Positions 47,684 to 58,679 of a DNA stretch of 64,000 nucleotides are shown here, piece by piece. Source of the stretch: an uncultured virus (IMG/VR IMGVR_UViG_3300008954_002234) (Duplodnaviria > Heunggongvirae > Uroviricota > Caudoviricetes). A model generated the notes under the pieces. The model had not been told where the DNA came from. It was given only the letters and a program-made list of their open reading frames with translations, and ran no database searches. The DNA is taken from the IMG/VR virus record IMGVR_UViG_3300008954_002234. One strand, given 5' to 3'. The position numbers and the translations under genes were made by a program. Each line of letters starts with the position of its first letter. The stretch's first letter is position 1.

Positions 47684-49513
47684 TTATTTGCTAGGTTGAT
47701 AAGGAAGATGATCTAGATCATCATAATTTACAGCAGTTAATATTTCTCCAGCTTTTATAGGAGAACAGTCCATACATGTACCAGTTATAGCCTCGGAAAC
47801 AGAAAAATCATCAGATCCGCTTACTACCAAGTTATAAACCATAGGATCTGTGTCTACATAGTTTTTTGCTTCTACAGCTATGGTCTTTGCTTTGCTGTCA
47901 TAATCATCCGTGTTATAAAAATGCCTATACTCGTCAGCGTTCTCTATTCCAGTCTCTGACAATTGAGTAAAAGCGTTTATATCCCTAGACCCATAAGGGC
48001 CTATATAAACTTTCCAGTCAGAAGCCGGTTTTGTATAAGTATAATACATAGGAACCGCTTTTGCTAAAGTTTTAGTAAGAGCATCGTCTTTGTCAGGAGA
48101 AGGAACTATAGCAACTACATCTAAAACATTTTGTTGTTGCTTAAGCACGGCTCCATCAGTAGTAGTAAAGACCTGCCCACTTGTCCCCGCTGTTCCTGCT
48201 GTTGACGTATAAAGATTTTCAGCTATAGTATCTATCCAAGCATCAACTATTTGAGTTGAAAACGAAGCACTATCAGAGACGAAGCCTTGGGCATGCCCTA
48301 GAGCCAAAGATTGTCCTATAGATGTAGACACTACACCAGCGGTGCCTGAGGTTCCATAAGCCCCATGTTCGCCACTCCTAAAAGTTATGGATTTTTTAGA
48401 TGAGGGATCGTACCCCAATCCATTCTCACTCATCTCAACCCCTGTAATAAAGGCGTAATTTTTTGAATGGTCTCCGTCTACATGTTCGAGATAAATTCTA
48501 TAAGGCAATCCATACGTAACTTGGTTTTCATTTATGACTTCTTTGCTATAATCAAAATCGTAGAAACCCCTAACTGTTCTAGGCAAACCTCCCCCTATCG
48601 GCTGATCTTCTGAGCTTAAATCTGGATAGGTAGCGGAAAGGTACATTAAGTTTCTCTGCGCGTCCCCGCTATTCAAAGGAATACCTTCCTCATCTGGGGT
48701 CAAACTCATCCTCACTCCGCTAAGATTTTCTCCCTGTATTGCATTTATTTTAGCTGTTTTTGTAACCGTACCGAAGGTAGTATGAAAATCTATAGATATA
48801 TCGTAACTTCTAGGCTCCAGAACTCTCTGAGCCACTAGCTTCAAATCTTTTTGAGTATTAACTCCGGGTATATCTTTCAAGTTAGCTATATAACTACTAG
48901 AATTATCAAAAGCAAAAGCGTCCTTTCCTACGACTACTTCTCCAGATAAAACGCTAGAGGTTATACCAGCTCCATCGTCCATAAAAGTCAAAGCGCTACT
49001 AAAAGTCACAGTATCTCCTTTTTCTGGACCACTGATTCCAGCTGTACCCGAACTACCGCCGCTACCATAAACCTCCGTAGACAAAGGAGACTTTAGAGCC
49101 AAGCTACCTCCTCTTTCAAATATATCTAAATCTGTTATATTTATCTCACAATCTTTTGAGTCAAAAAAGAAATGCCTAACTTTAAAATCAGATTTCGACC
49201 CCTTTGAGCATATTAAGTTGTTATCAATAAAATAATCATAACTGTCAGCAATAAAAGTTCCTTTGAAATTAATATCTTTATCTTTTTGATAAGAAAAAAC
49301 AAATCTACCCTCCGGGTCAAACACCTTCCCGCTTTTCAAGTTGAAACGCAGCTCTCTTCCATTTACATCGCTATTTTGAGAGCCAACATGACCGGAGATA
49401 CCGAAGGCCGCTTCCCCAGAAGCATTATTAACATACATGTCTAAGTCGTAAGAAAGAGCCAAGTCGGCATCATTCGTGCTTATCGCTCTAGATTGTTTCC
49501 CACTTATTCTCAT
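47684..49513 (-). CDS. Putative tail/baseplate structural protein
   Basis: Ser/Gly/Thr-rich with three (S/A)GTAG motifs; module context. Confidence 0.7.
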   Translation of the reverse strand: MRISGKQSRAISTNDADLALSYDLDMYVNNASGEAAFGISGHVGSQNSDVNGRELRFNLKSGKVFDPEGRFVFSYQKDKDINFKGTFIADSYDYFIDNNLICSKGSKSDFKVRHFFFDSKDCEINITDLDIFERGGSLALKSPLSTEVYGSGGSSGTAGISGPEKGDTVTFSSALTFMDDGAGITSSVLSGEVVVGKDAFAFDNSSSYIANLKDIPGVNTQKDLKLVAQRVLEPRSYDISIDFHTTFGTVTKTAKINAIQGENLSGVRMSLTPDEEGIPLNSGDAQRNLMYLSATYPDLSSEDQPIGGGLPRTVRGFYDFDYSKEVINENQVTYGLPYRIYLEHVDGDHSKNYAFITGVEMSENGLGYDPSSKKSITFRSGEHGAYGTSGTAGVVSTSIGQSLALGHAQGFVSDSASFSTQIVDAWIDTIAENLYTSTAGTAGTSGQVFTTTDGAVLKQQQNVLDVVAIVPSPDKDDALTKTLAKAVPMYYTYTKPASDWKVYIGPYGSRDINAFTQLSETGIENADEYRHFYNTDDYDSKAKTIAVEAKNYVDTDPMVYNLVVSGSDDFSVSEAITGTCMDCSPIKAGEILTAVNYDDLDHLPYQPSK

Positions 49514-52500
49514 TGCATTGATCTATAGAAAGAATTCTTAGGCTGTACTGACTTTGATATCGGCCCGACTTTTCTGTATATAGCTTCAAGTTCCGGCACC
49601 ACAGGAGGTCTGTTCGAAAAGTTCACAGTAATAAAATAGCCAGATTCATCGTTACCAATAGATACAGACTCAAGACCGTTTTCTTGTCTTAAATATCTGC
49701 TCAGTAAACCCAGCCCTTCTTTTGAGTCTATATATATCTTATAACTAACACTTTCTCTAACCGTATCGACCTGCAAAGCTGAAATGTTGTTTCTTAGTAA
49801 CTCGTGATATTTTTGAGCCGGACTTTTTGTTAAAGTTTTGTATTCTAACTCTGTTAAATCGTCTTTGACAACCTCAAACCCCTGATCATTTATAATATCT
49901 ATTGGAAGCTCTCCTTTTACTATTCTTTCTGCTCCTTCCGGCGTGAATACAGTAGAAACATCTTGAGATATGTCCTGAGTAACGTACTTTATACTAGACA
50001 CCTTAGGGCTTATATAAGGTATAGATTTTTTATTATCTAGGCCATCATATACTTTTCTAATTCCAAGATTTGTTCGGGTCATCTGCCTCTTCCACCTTGC
50101 AACGCCGCCGTGATCTTGTTCGGTTGGAGCAGTTATTATTGTATCAGAGCTTCCATTCTTATTATCTTGCTTCCCGGTAATAGTATCAGCATAATAATAG
50201 TGTCTTTCTGATCTTTTTACTCCAGCATCCACCCTGCTATTATACCTTGTGATTACTAACCTTTTTGCCCATATCTGCTCATTACCATCTCCCATTATTT
50301 CTCTTGGGTATAGAGAATCTTTTATCGCTTCCGCTTCCCCGCAAGAGAGACTACTTAATCCTAATATATTGCTACTGCAGAGCTCTTGAGCAAGGTCTCC
50401 CTCGCAAACCGTTTTGCACTGGTCTGTATCTGTCGCTGAAACGTCCTGCTGTCTATCGCACATAGCAGCAAGAGCATTCATTTCTTCTATTAGGTTGCGC
50501 CCATCGCCAAAAGATATTCCAACGTCTCCTATTCGAGCAGCAGGGAAATTACCGTCTTTATTTTTCAACACCAAACATATTCCAACCTCTTTTCCAGTTG
50601 CTTTTTGTCTTTCCATAACATCGTAGGCTACAGCCGCATCACCCTTAAAGCGATCAACGACCTGAGACGACAAAGGCATTTCACACATAAAAGGCGCATA
50701 GTCCGATACTATATTTTGTTTGTATCTACTTACGTCTTGAGGCCTAGCAAACAACTCTGTGCGCAAGCCATCTTTGGCAGGCTCTCCATATTGCAGAGGA
50801 TTTAATCTAGATAATGTCCAAGGATTCAATACTCTCTCAACCTCTTCCCTAGAGGCAAACCAAGCCGCATTTCTTTCAAAATGAAAGAACCCATGACTTC
50901 TGTTTTTCGCATTAAAAGCGTCATTTGAGCAATTAACTTTTATTTGTTCCCTGAGTTTGTTTGCTTGATCATATAAATAATTCCTAAAGATGAGTCCGGA
51001 GCTTTCTAAAGCCTCTATTTTTAAATTAGATATGCCTTGTGCAAACTTAGCCATTGGGGTTTTGTAATGCTGCGCAGCTCCATAGAATGTAGCGCTAGGC
51101 TCTACTGTTATATTTTCTAATATTTTATAAGCTTCATTGCATGTAAAATATTCAGATGCGGGAGCAGAAAGAGTATAATGTTTTCCATAAAACTGATCAG
51201 CTATTGCGGTCTCAACACCCTTAACGTAGTCTCTGACAGTATCATCTTTTACCCCAAAAAACATTTCGTAGTCAGCTCCGTTAGGCCCCACTACTTTACC
51301 GTTTTGACTTTTAGTCTGAGCATCTAAACCTGTTTTTATCATTTGGTGAATACCTGCTTGAGATACTATAGATCTCTGTAGTTCTGCGTTTATATCACCG
51401 CCAAAGGTGATACCTAGGCCCTGAGTAAATCCAAGGGCATTAAAATAACCCGCAGCTGCATCGAATTTTTTTATTGCGCTGCCGGGAGCTTTTTTATAAA
51501 CCTGTATTGCCCTCCTTATATTATATATGTCTCTTAATTCAGGTGCAAACTTATTCAACATTATACTAATCAAGAAGTCCTTTAAGTTTCTTCCTAATAT
51601 TTTGCCACCGCCAGTAGCTATGGACTTTAGAGTTTGGCACACAAAGTAAACCTGAGAAACTTTTTCTGAGGTTTGCTCATTGGCTCCCGGGCCTCTTTGG
51701 AACACAGACGAAAAAGCTTGAGAGTATGTTCCATCAAGAGTTTTTGAATGATTCTTTGAATTTATGATTATATTGCTTCCGCTTATCATATCGGCTCCAT
51801 GGCCTTTATCTAAGCTGTCTATTCCCGATAAAGCTGTTTCGAATTTCGCCTGAATAGATCTATCCGTTAGATCTACGACACTCAAAGTCGGCCTTATCTC
51901 AGCGAAATTCCAAAAGAAAGATATGCCCAAATCATTTCCCCAATTCTGAAGAACGTCTTTAAGGGTGCCACTATAATTTCTTGTAAAATGCCTATTATTC
52001 TTTCTGTTAGGAAATCTACTTAGATCAATAGCAATACCAAAACTGCGTACTGACTTAACAAGGTCTTCGAAACTGTATGAAACATCAGATAAGGAACACT
52101 TGGTTTCTGTAAATTCTTCTTGACCTAAAACTATCCATCCTCCAGCCCAAACATTATTGGAGTCCTGTCTGATAACCTTGTAGGGCTTTAATGCGTCTCC
52201 ACTTGCGTTTGCTAAAGCCCTAAAAGTCCTCCTTGTAACTGCTTTATAGCCATTTGCGCTGCAAGTACGAAATGTTACCCCCTTTGCCCCTGATCTATTT
52301 ATATTATGAGTTTCTATAACGGGGCAAAATACATCCATTTCAATCATATTAGGAACAGAGTGTTTAGATGGGATTATTTGATAATGCTCATGAATTATTC
52401 CAACAAATATCCTATCAAGCAAAGCTGAGCCATCTGTATAATCAAGCGATAATATTTTATTACCTACTGATGTATTATCTGAGTAGCCCTTTAAAAACAT

Positions 52501-52761
52501 GTTCCTGAACAAAGGGTGTCCTGCAAACTTTATTTCAATTGGTGAAGCTAAATTTAAGTTAGCATTTGATATTTTAAACTCCCTATCTCCTCCTTCAGTT
52601 TTAGAGTATTGAGAGTCCAAAGCTACATTTACGTTAACTACTGTTGGGCTACCGTTATAACCTATTGTAGAGCTGGCACTATATATAACACCACCAAAAG
52701 CAAATCCGGGCTTTTCTCTACCTATTTGAATACTAGGTACTTCTACTTTATCTTTTGCCAT
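49510..52761 (-). CDS. Putative baseplate hub / tail-tip protein
   Basis: 1083 aa; beta-rich N-terminus and a GTLKDVLQNWGNDLGISFFW hub-like segment; downstream of the TMP. Confidence 0.55.
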   Translation of the reverse strand: MAKDKVEVPSIQIGREKPGFAFGGVIYSASSTIGYNGSPTVVNVNVALDSQYSKTEGGDREFKISNANLNLASPIEIKFAGHPLFRNMFLKGYSDNTSVGNKILSLDYTDGSALLDRIFVGIIHEHYQIIPSKHSVPNMIEMDVFCPVIETHNINRSGAKGVTFRTCSANGYKAVTRRTFRALANASGDALKPYKVIRQDSNNVWAGGWIVLGQEEFTETKCSLSDVSYSFEDLVKSVRSFGIAIDLSRFPNRKNNRHFTRNYSGTLKDVLQNWGNDLGISFFWNFAEIRPTLSVVDLTDRSIQAKFETALSGIDSLDKGHGADMISGSNIIINSKNHSKTLDGTYSQAFSSVFQRGPGANEQTSEKVSQVYFVCQTLKSIATGGGKILGRNLKDFLISIMLNKFAPELRDIYNIRRAIQVYKKAPGSAIKKFDAAAGYFNALGFTQGLGITFGGDINAELQRSIVSQAGIHQMIKTGLDAQTKSQNGKVVGPNGADYEMFFGVKDDTVRDYVKGVETAIADQFYGKHYTLSAPASEYFTCNEAYKILENITVEPSATFYGAAQHYKTPMAKFAQGISNLKIEALESSGLIFRNYLYDQANKLREQIKVNCSNDAFNAKNRSHGFFHFERNAAWFASREEVERVLNPWTLSRLNPLQYGEPAKDGLRTELFARPQDVSRYKQNIVSDYAPFMCEMPLSSQVVDRFKGDAAVAYDVMERQKATGKEVGICLVLKNKDGNFPAARIGDVGISFGDGRNLIEEMNALAAMCDRQQDVSATDTDQCKTVCEGDLAQELCSSNILGLSSLSCGEAEAIKDSLYPREIMGDGNEQIWAKRLVITRYNSRVDAGVKRSERHYYYADTITGKQDNKNGSSDTIITAPTEQDHGGVARWKRQMTRTNLGIRKVYDGLDNKKSIPYISPKVSSIKYVTQDISQDVSTVFTPEGAERIVKGELPIDIINDQGFEVVKDDLTELEYKTLTKSPAQKYHELLRNNISALQVDTVRESVSYKIYIDSKEGLGLLSRYLRQENGLESVSIGNDESGYFITVNFSNRPPVVPELEAIYRKVGPISKSVQPKNSFYRSMQ

Positions 52762-52770
52762 ATTCCTTCC

Positions 52771-52781
52771 TTATTTTACAC
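52771..52781 (-). promoter_or_regulatory. Putative late promoter GTGTAAAATAA
   Basis: Fills the 20-bp gap; followed by GGAAGGAAT-ATG. Confidence 0.6.
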
Positions 52782-54947
52782 TTAACTCTGCCCACTAAAT
52801 AAATTTTTGTCCGCTTCTGAATTATAAGAAAATATTTTAGCCCTAGTTCCCTCTAAAGGAGCAGGACTATCTTGAATAGATGTATCTAAAGAAACTCCAG
52901 CATTATTGAATATAAATGTCTTCTTTTTTGCGCTCGCCGGGGAAGTAGACAACAAGGCGTCTTCAGGGCTCTTTACATAGTCCACTCCCGGAATTTGCCT
53001 CAATCCATTTCTCCACACTTGCTCATTAAATATGTTAGGCACTAAAAACGTTGAGCCGTCGGTGTTTGTGTACGTAGTCTGAGAAAATTTATCAGAAGCC
53101 TGAGGGACAAAAAGCAAATCCATAGGATCATCCCCTAAAGAAGACGACTGTACTAAATAAGAAGTTTTCCCTGCGGTCGTGCTTTGTATATAATCTACTC
53201 CAGAAAGAATTTTAAGTCCATTAGCGTAAATATCTTTGTGTAGATAGTCTCCTGTAAAGTGCGTATCGGACCCGGGATAATGTCCTGTTAGACTAGCACC
53301 ATCAGTAAGATCATAAAACAAATGATCACTATCACTAAAATTATCCGATTTGCTGTTCAAAACTATTTGGTATTTATCATTTTCTATCCTGTCAGCAAGT
53401 GGGTATGTAGCCAAGGAGTCCTCTACTCCGGCATTGTTATCATTTATAAAAAAGTTGCCTTTATACATACCCAATACGTCTCCTACTTCCTTTAAATTTC
53501 CTCCTACATTATTGAATATATCTGATACAGAGTGGAGGCCAGAAACTTCTTGTAGGATTCTCCCATTTCTAAATACTTGCATAAATGGTTGCTTATCTCC
53601 ACTATTATATGAGAAATTATCATTTTTTATCTCAAAACCTCTGACTTCAAATTCGCTTTTATCACTTGAGTCATTATTTAAATCTATTGTTGCGAATTTA
53701 TAAATTGCATCTGAGCTGTAATTCATAGGTAACGGAGGGCCATAATAGGAATAGATCTCCAAGATTTCTCTATCAGTAATTGGGTTGTCAAATATTATTG
53801 AACCGGGAATAAATTGCATACCCGAAACATAGTCATCGTTTCTTATCGAACTAGCGTCAGAATATATACCAGTTATCGAACTTATATTAGCCTCTCCAGT
53901 CAAATCAACTAAAACTTCTTTATACAAAACGCCTTCTACCCCACTTTTTACATAATTAGGAATGTCTCGCCCATAATAATCTTTTAGCACTCCTGACTGA
54001 ACATATTCATAACCAGTGACTTCATAACCTATGGCTTGAGATTCTACTCGAACACCAGTTACCTCTTTAGTTATTCTTTCTCCTGTAACTAAAACCTCTT
54101 CAGCATAGGAGTCTAAATAGAAACTTTCCGCGACTACGTCCCTACTAGTCTCTGTCATATATTCATCATACAACAATATTGTGTTTATATAGCCAGAGAA
54201 CCCAGTATAGTTATGCCTATATGCATCATCACTTACCGGCATAAAGCCGCCAAAAAATAAATCGTACGAATCAGCAAAGCCAGCAAGAGGAGACTTTATT
54301 GAAACTGTATCTTGGTTTGGGTTATGCAAAGACACTTCTATGTTATTCGGATTCTTTGCTATAGAGACCACGTTGCTCCTATTAACATGTTTAGCTAGGG
54401 TCTCTACTGTTCTATCGTAATAGTCATAGTCCGAAGAACTATCCTGTTCGCCAGCTGTACCCGCTATGTATTCATAGTAGAGTCTATTTGATCCATTTAA
54501 CCCTACATGAAAGCCAGATAAAGAATTATCCCCACTCATGGTGGAAACTAAGACCCTAGACAAACTCGAGCTAGAAGCTTCGCTATACTGACCAGAAAAA
54601 TCCAGAAAGCAAGTCCAGCTTTCTCCGGTCATCTTATGTACACCACCAAGCAGGCTCATCCCATCAAAATAGCCAGAACCCGTAACAGTATTAGACTGAC
54701 TTAAGATTATAGCTGGATAATTATCATTCGCAATAATCGGTTTACCATCACCTGTGTCAACAAACTGAGTATCTCTGTTATGCAACTGGTTAAAAACTAC
54801 GTTGTAAATGCCGCTAGTTTTATAATACCTGTCTCTATCTATCGCATTTTCTGTATCAACTGATCCGCTTAGGTTATAATACGCCAAAAGAGCACCGGTC
54901 TGAAAACCGGCTTGACGAGTGTATTCTAATAAAACATCCTCTTTCAT
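52782..54947 (-). CDS. Virion structural protein with N-terminal LamG-like domain
   Basis: LLAYYNL...GYFDG...WTCFL...LFFGG...FSGYI..ILLY; repeated VFRNG/IYANG/VWRNG...G.DY baseplate-type motifs. Confidence 0.7.
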   Translation of the reverse strand: MKEDVLLEYTRQAGFQTGALLAYYNLSGSVDTENAIDRDRYYKTSGIYNVVFNQLHNRDTQFVDTGDGKPIIANDNYPAIILSQSNTVTGSGYFDGMSLLGGVHKMTGESWTCFLDFSGQYSEASSSSLSRVLVSTMSGDNSLSGFHVGLNGSNRLYYEYIAGTAGEQDSSSDYDYYDRTVETLAKHVNRSNVVSIAKNPNNIEVSLHNPNQDTVSIKSPLAGFADSYDLFFGGFMPVSDDAYRHNYTGFSGYINTILLYDEYMTETSRDVVAESFYLDSYAEEVLVTGERITKEVTGVRVESQAIGYEVTGYEYVQSGVLKDYYGRDIPNYVKSGVEGVLYKEVLVDLTGEANISSITGIYSDASSIRNDDYVSGMQFIPGSIIFDNPITDREILEIYSYYGPPLPMNYSSDAIYKFATIDLNNDSSDKSEFEVRGFEIKNDNFSYNSGDKQPFMQVFRNGRILQEVSGLHSVSDIFNNVGGNLKEVGDVLGMYKGNFFINDNNAGVEDSLATYPLADRIENDKYQIVLNSKSDNFSDSDHLFYDLTDGASLTGHYPGSDTHFTGDYLHKDIYANGLKILSGVDYIQSTTAGKTSYLVQSSSLGDDPMDLLFVPQASDKFSQTTYTNTDGSTFLVPNIFNEQVWRNGLRQIPGVDYVKSPEDALLSTSPASAKKKTFIFNNAGVSLDTSIQDSPAPLEGTRAKIFSYNSEADKNLFSGQS

Positions 54948-54949
54948 AT

Positions 54950-56767
54950 TTAACCTGTATCTAATCTATCTAAGTTTATAACGACGGATGATTTCTCGTG
55001 ACTTAAATTCCTTCTATATGTTATATCTCCAGTATCTTTATTTTCTACTTTATTTTGGGATTCTAACCTTTTTACATCCCCGGTCACGAAAGAGTTTATT
55101 AAGAAATTGTTTATACTCCTCACCTCTGCTGCTGCCGAGTCAAAAGTTTCCGCATCTCTATCGTCTGTGCCCCCTCTACAGTTAACTCCTACTTCTTCTC
55201 TTTGTGTTTGTAATTTCAAATCATAGATAAGATAATGTCCATTTTGTAAAGCAGAAGGTACGGGTTTATATATTTGAGCAGGAGGAGATACAGTGACGGA
55301 GTATCCAGCCTGCCTTAGAGAGCTATTCTCTGGAAAATCATCATCTGTTAGCCCGAGAGAAAACTGTATTGTGCCAGCAAACTTATTCTGGTCGATCGTT
55401 ATCGAATTTGGCTTAGGAGACAAGACATACTGGGTCCTAGTTGGAAACATTTTATGATAAGCTTTCTGAGCTTCATCTCTAACTATCTTGCAGTCATCAG
55501 CAACCATTAAATCTAATAAAATTTTATTATCCCTATTTTTCTTTGTTAGACTTCCTCTTGTTCTTATGTCCCCAGAACATTGAACAGTTATTATGTCTGT
55601 AATATTATCATGATTAAAGCTGACGTTATAATCAAAATAGGTATTGGCATTTTTTATTTTTGCTTGACTAAATAAATTATTATTATCGTAAACAGCCTGA
55701 AAGCCTATTGCCTTAGCCTCTTTATTTGGAGTAATAGTAAAGCTTACCGGATCTCTGTTTAATTCTAAATTATCTTCCGTTGCCTGCCTACTGCCTACGG
55801 CACCTTTTATATGCCTTAAATAAGCTTTATTAACTAAGTCATAAAAGTTTCTACTTTTAAGGTCTGCCTTAACCATGTCCCAAGTAACACTGTCCTCTTG
55901 GCTTCCGGTCAAATTTCCAGATAGGTTTACAGTTACAAACTCAGAGTTACTCTGCTCCTCAAATGACAAACTGTATGTTAAAAGCACATTAGCCGTCTGC
56001 ATTGAAGGAAGATTAGCTTCCTCGTCTGCGGAAGATGAAGCTTCGTTGTTTACAAATGAATAGTTTTCTGTAACTGAGTATGTTCCCGCTAACCTATTTA
56101 TATTTTCGTTTACAGAAGTGAGTATTAACGAAGAACCAGTATGTGCGTTTCTTATTATTTGTTGAGCAACCCTATTCGATGTACCTTTTTTTGAGTCAAC
56201 AAAAGATTTAGCATTCGCAAAAGCATTCGTATATCCATTTTCATTTGTATTGTAGCCAGTTGCAGAAACGTTATGAGTGGCAGTAGCTACTCCACCTCCA
56301 CCCTCAGAGTAATTCCAAGAATCAACAGGGTTGGATATGCCGTAGTTAGCTGTATAAAAATCTTTGTCGTTTTTGAATCCAGATAAAACTATAGTATAAC
56401 TCAAAATCCCAACATAAGTCGATGAGTCAAAGCTCACGCTTTGCACAACGCAATTATTAAGCTCGAAAAATGTATCATGCCCGCTAACAGCAAACTTTTG
56501 AAAATTTTTACTAAGAGCACCAGCGAAAGCTGCTGCGACCTTATCTCGCTTTTTGCTTAGTTTTTCATATTTAACGTTTGCCCCAGCGGCCTCATCTCCT
56601 GACCTTTTAGGTAAAAGCGCTACTTGGCCAGTCAGGGTAATTTCTACGGCAGTAGCCCAAAGGTCTCCTCCTAGAAATTGATTAGTGAAAGACTTGGAAA
56701 CATAAGGAGTTGGAACAGGAAAAATAAAATCCCCATACTGCACCTTTACGTCTTGTTTATAAGCCAT
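54950..56767 (-). CDS. Putative tail/baseplate protein (repeat-built; paralogue of next gene)
   Basis: Second gene after the TMP; shares repeated beta-hairpin motifs with 56769-58679. Confidence 0.7.
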   Translation of the reverse strand: MAYKQDVKVQYGDFIFPVPTPYVSKSFTNQFLGGDLWATAVEITLTGQVALLPKRSGDEAAGANVKYEKLSKKRDKVAAAFAGALSKNFQKFAVSGHDTFFELNNCVVQSVSFDSSTYVGILSYTIVLSGFKNDKDFYTANYGISNPVDSWNYSEGGGGVATATHNVSATGYNTNENGYTNAFANAKSFVDSKKGTSNRVAQQIIRNAHTGSSLILTSVNENINRLAGTYSVTENYSFVNNEASSSADEEANLPSMQTANVLLTYSLSFEEQSNSEFVTVNLSGNLTGSQEDSVTWDMVKADLKSRNFYDLVNKAYLRHIKGAVGSRQATEDNLELNRDPVSFTITPNKEAKAIGFQAVYDNNNLFSQAKIKNANTYFDYNVSFNHDNITDIITVQCSGDIRTRGSLTKKNRDNKILLDLMVADDCKIVRDEAQKAYHKMFPTRTQYVLSPKPNSITIDQNKFAGTIQFSLGLTDDDFPENSSLRQAGYSVTVSPPAQIYKPVPSALQNGHYLIYDLKLQTQREEVGVNCRGGTDDRDAETFDSAAAEVRSINNFLINSFVTGDVKRLESQNKVENKDTGDITYRRNLSHEKSSVVINLDRLDTG

Positions 56768-56768
56768 G

Positions 56769-58679
56769 TTAGTATTCTAAAGCTTCAGCAGCTACTCCTT
56801 TCTTATCTATAAAGCCAAGGTCAATATTGTAGTTAAAAGCATAGTCAGAAGTTAGGCTGTAAGTATAGTCGTTGAGGAACCAAGAAAGGTCGCCCTTTCC
56901 CACTTGTGGTGAAGTCACAAAAGCGCTATCTTTCACCTCTTGCTCTAAAGTAGACAAAACGCTATCAGAGGCAGTCTTTAAATAAGAAGCATGAGCTGAA
57001 TTTATCTTGTTTGCGCTTGGGTTTCTTTTTAATACTATTTGAGTACTTATGTTTTTTGACCCCGGCGTAGTCTGATTTGCGTCATAATTAGTTTGTTTTG
57101 TGTTGGGGGCTATAACAGAAGACCTCATTATTGTGGGCATTTTATAAGTATCTGTTTTTGATAACTTTCTTATATAGGTATCATCTCTCAAACTAGGGTC
57201 ATCAGAGTAAGTAAAAGAATAGTTAACAGAATTTCCGTAAATGTTATAAGACACACTAGAGGCTGTTAAATTCTTAGGATAAGCTAAATCATCAGTAGAA
57301 GAAGCAACCCTAAGTGACTCGTATAATGGAGTAACCCTGCTTATTACATCCGCCGAAGATGTTAAATTGTCATATTTTGTTTTAGGATCAAAGTTGATAG
57401 ACTTACTTTTATAATAACTAGTTATTGTTCCCGTCTCAGTCACAGTTGTAATATTAGAATTAGAGAGGTTTCCGTTAGTAGTGTACTCAAATATAGCTTC
57501 GTCATGCATTCTTGGATTAGTTGTATAAGATATAGTATATGTAATCCCGCCAGACATTCTATTTATATTCCTACCAAGAGAAACATATTTGTTTTTTAAA
57601 TCTGAAGAATTGCTCCATTCTGTTTGCCCCGGAACCCAGTCAGGAGAGCTTTGAACTAAATTCTCCAGATGTGTTTGGCATCTTGCATGCGCAGGTGATC
57701 CCCCTGTTTCCGCCGCATTTCCTATTAAGGCATACAAGCCTTGCACAGCATTTTCATAAGAGTCTTCGTTTTTACCCGAGTCACTTATACTAACACTGCT
57801 CCTGCCCTGAATATCACCATTTTCTGTGATTGTCACAGATCCGTCAGCGCCAACCGCCACATCATAGGTTAGCGCTGCAGACCAATACTCTCCGCTCTGT
57901 TGACTGGTATAAGCTCCGTTTTTTAAAGATAAAGATCTTGATATACTATATGTATTATTTATAGAATCGTAGTTCTCGGTAAATATACCATTACCTTTAA
58001 CAGTTCTTATAAAATTAGCATATCTACTATCTAAATAACCCACTTTAGGAGCCGAGCCCCCTTCCACATCAAAAGCTGCTAACGCCATATTTTTCGCCAA
58101 AGAAACAAAATCTACATTTGTTGGGCTATTATCTCTTAGAGAAAAGTTTATCCCTTGATTAAAACTAAACTCTCTATTTGCGCTTATTGAAAAGTCAAAT
58201 GTTTCGCTAAAAGATTCAAAATATTGCGTATATGTTTTTTCAAGAAAATCAGTGCTTTTATATAATTCTGAATCAGACTTAGTAAGATTTGATTTTGCAC
58301 TATCAAAAGCTTCATAATACTGCAGAGCCATAGTCACTTCAAGTAAATTTATATGGTTCTGCCTTGCTCCTTGGCTAGTAGGAAAATTATAAGATAATAT
58401 TTTTACATTTTCTATAGTTTGCCCGTTTATATTTATCTCTTCAACAAAACCAGTTGATAGTATTTCGTCAAGGTGAGTCTTTTGTAAAGTATCTATTTTC
58501 TTGAACTTGTCTGCTTCGTTAAGATTCCCAGTCGAACCAGTATCATGTACGGGATGGATAAATGCAGTTATGTCTAAATTTATCGTCCTGCCATACTGAA
58601 ATACACCACCATCCACATAATTAGCTTCCTGAGAAAAACCCAGTATTTGAGTGTTGTCTAGTTTTATAGTAGTAGCCAT
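56769..58679 (-). CDS. Putative distal-tail/baseplate protein
   Basis: Directly follows the TMP (TAATG overlap); beta-rich repeats. Confidence 0.7.
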   Translation of the reverse strand: MATTIKLDNTQILGFSQEANYVDGGVFQYGRTINLDITAFIHPVHDTGSTGNLNEADKFKKIDTLQKTHLDEILSTGFVEEININGQTIENVKILSYNFPTSQGARQNHINLLEVTMALQYYEAFDSAKSNLTKSDSELYKSTDFLEKTYTQYFESFSETFDFSISANREFSFNQGINFSLRDNSPTNVDFVSLAKNMALAAFDVEGGSAPKVGYLDSRYANFIRTVKGNGIFTENYDSINNTYSISRSLSLKNGAYTSQQSGEYWSAALTYDVAVGADGSVTITENGDIQGRSSVSISDSGKNEDSYENAVQGLYALIGNAAETGGSPAHARCQTHLENLVQSSPDWVPGQTEWSNSSDLKNKYVSLGRNINRMSGGITYTISYTTNPRMHDEAIFEYTTNGNLSNSNITTVTETGTITSYYKSKSINFDPKTKYDNLTSSADVISRVTPLYESLRVASSTDDLAYPKNLTASSVSYNIYGNSVNYSFTYSDDPSLRDDTYIRKLSKTDTYKMPTIMRSSVIAPNTKQTNYDANQTTPGSKNISTQIVLKRNPSANKINSAHASYLKTASDSVLSTLEQEVKDSAFVTSPQVGKGDLSWFLNDYTYSLTSDYAFNYNIDLGFIDKKGVAAEALEY

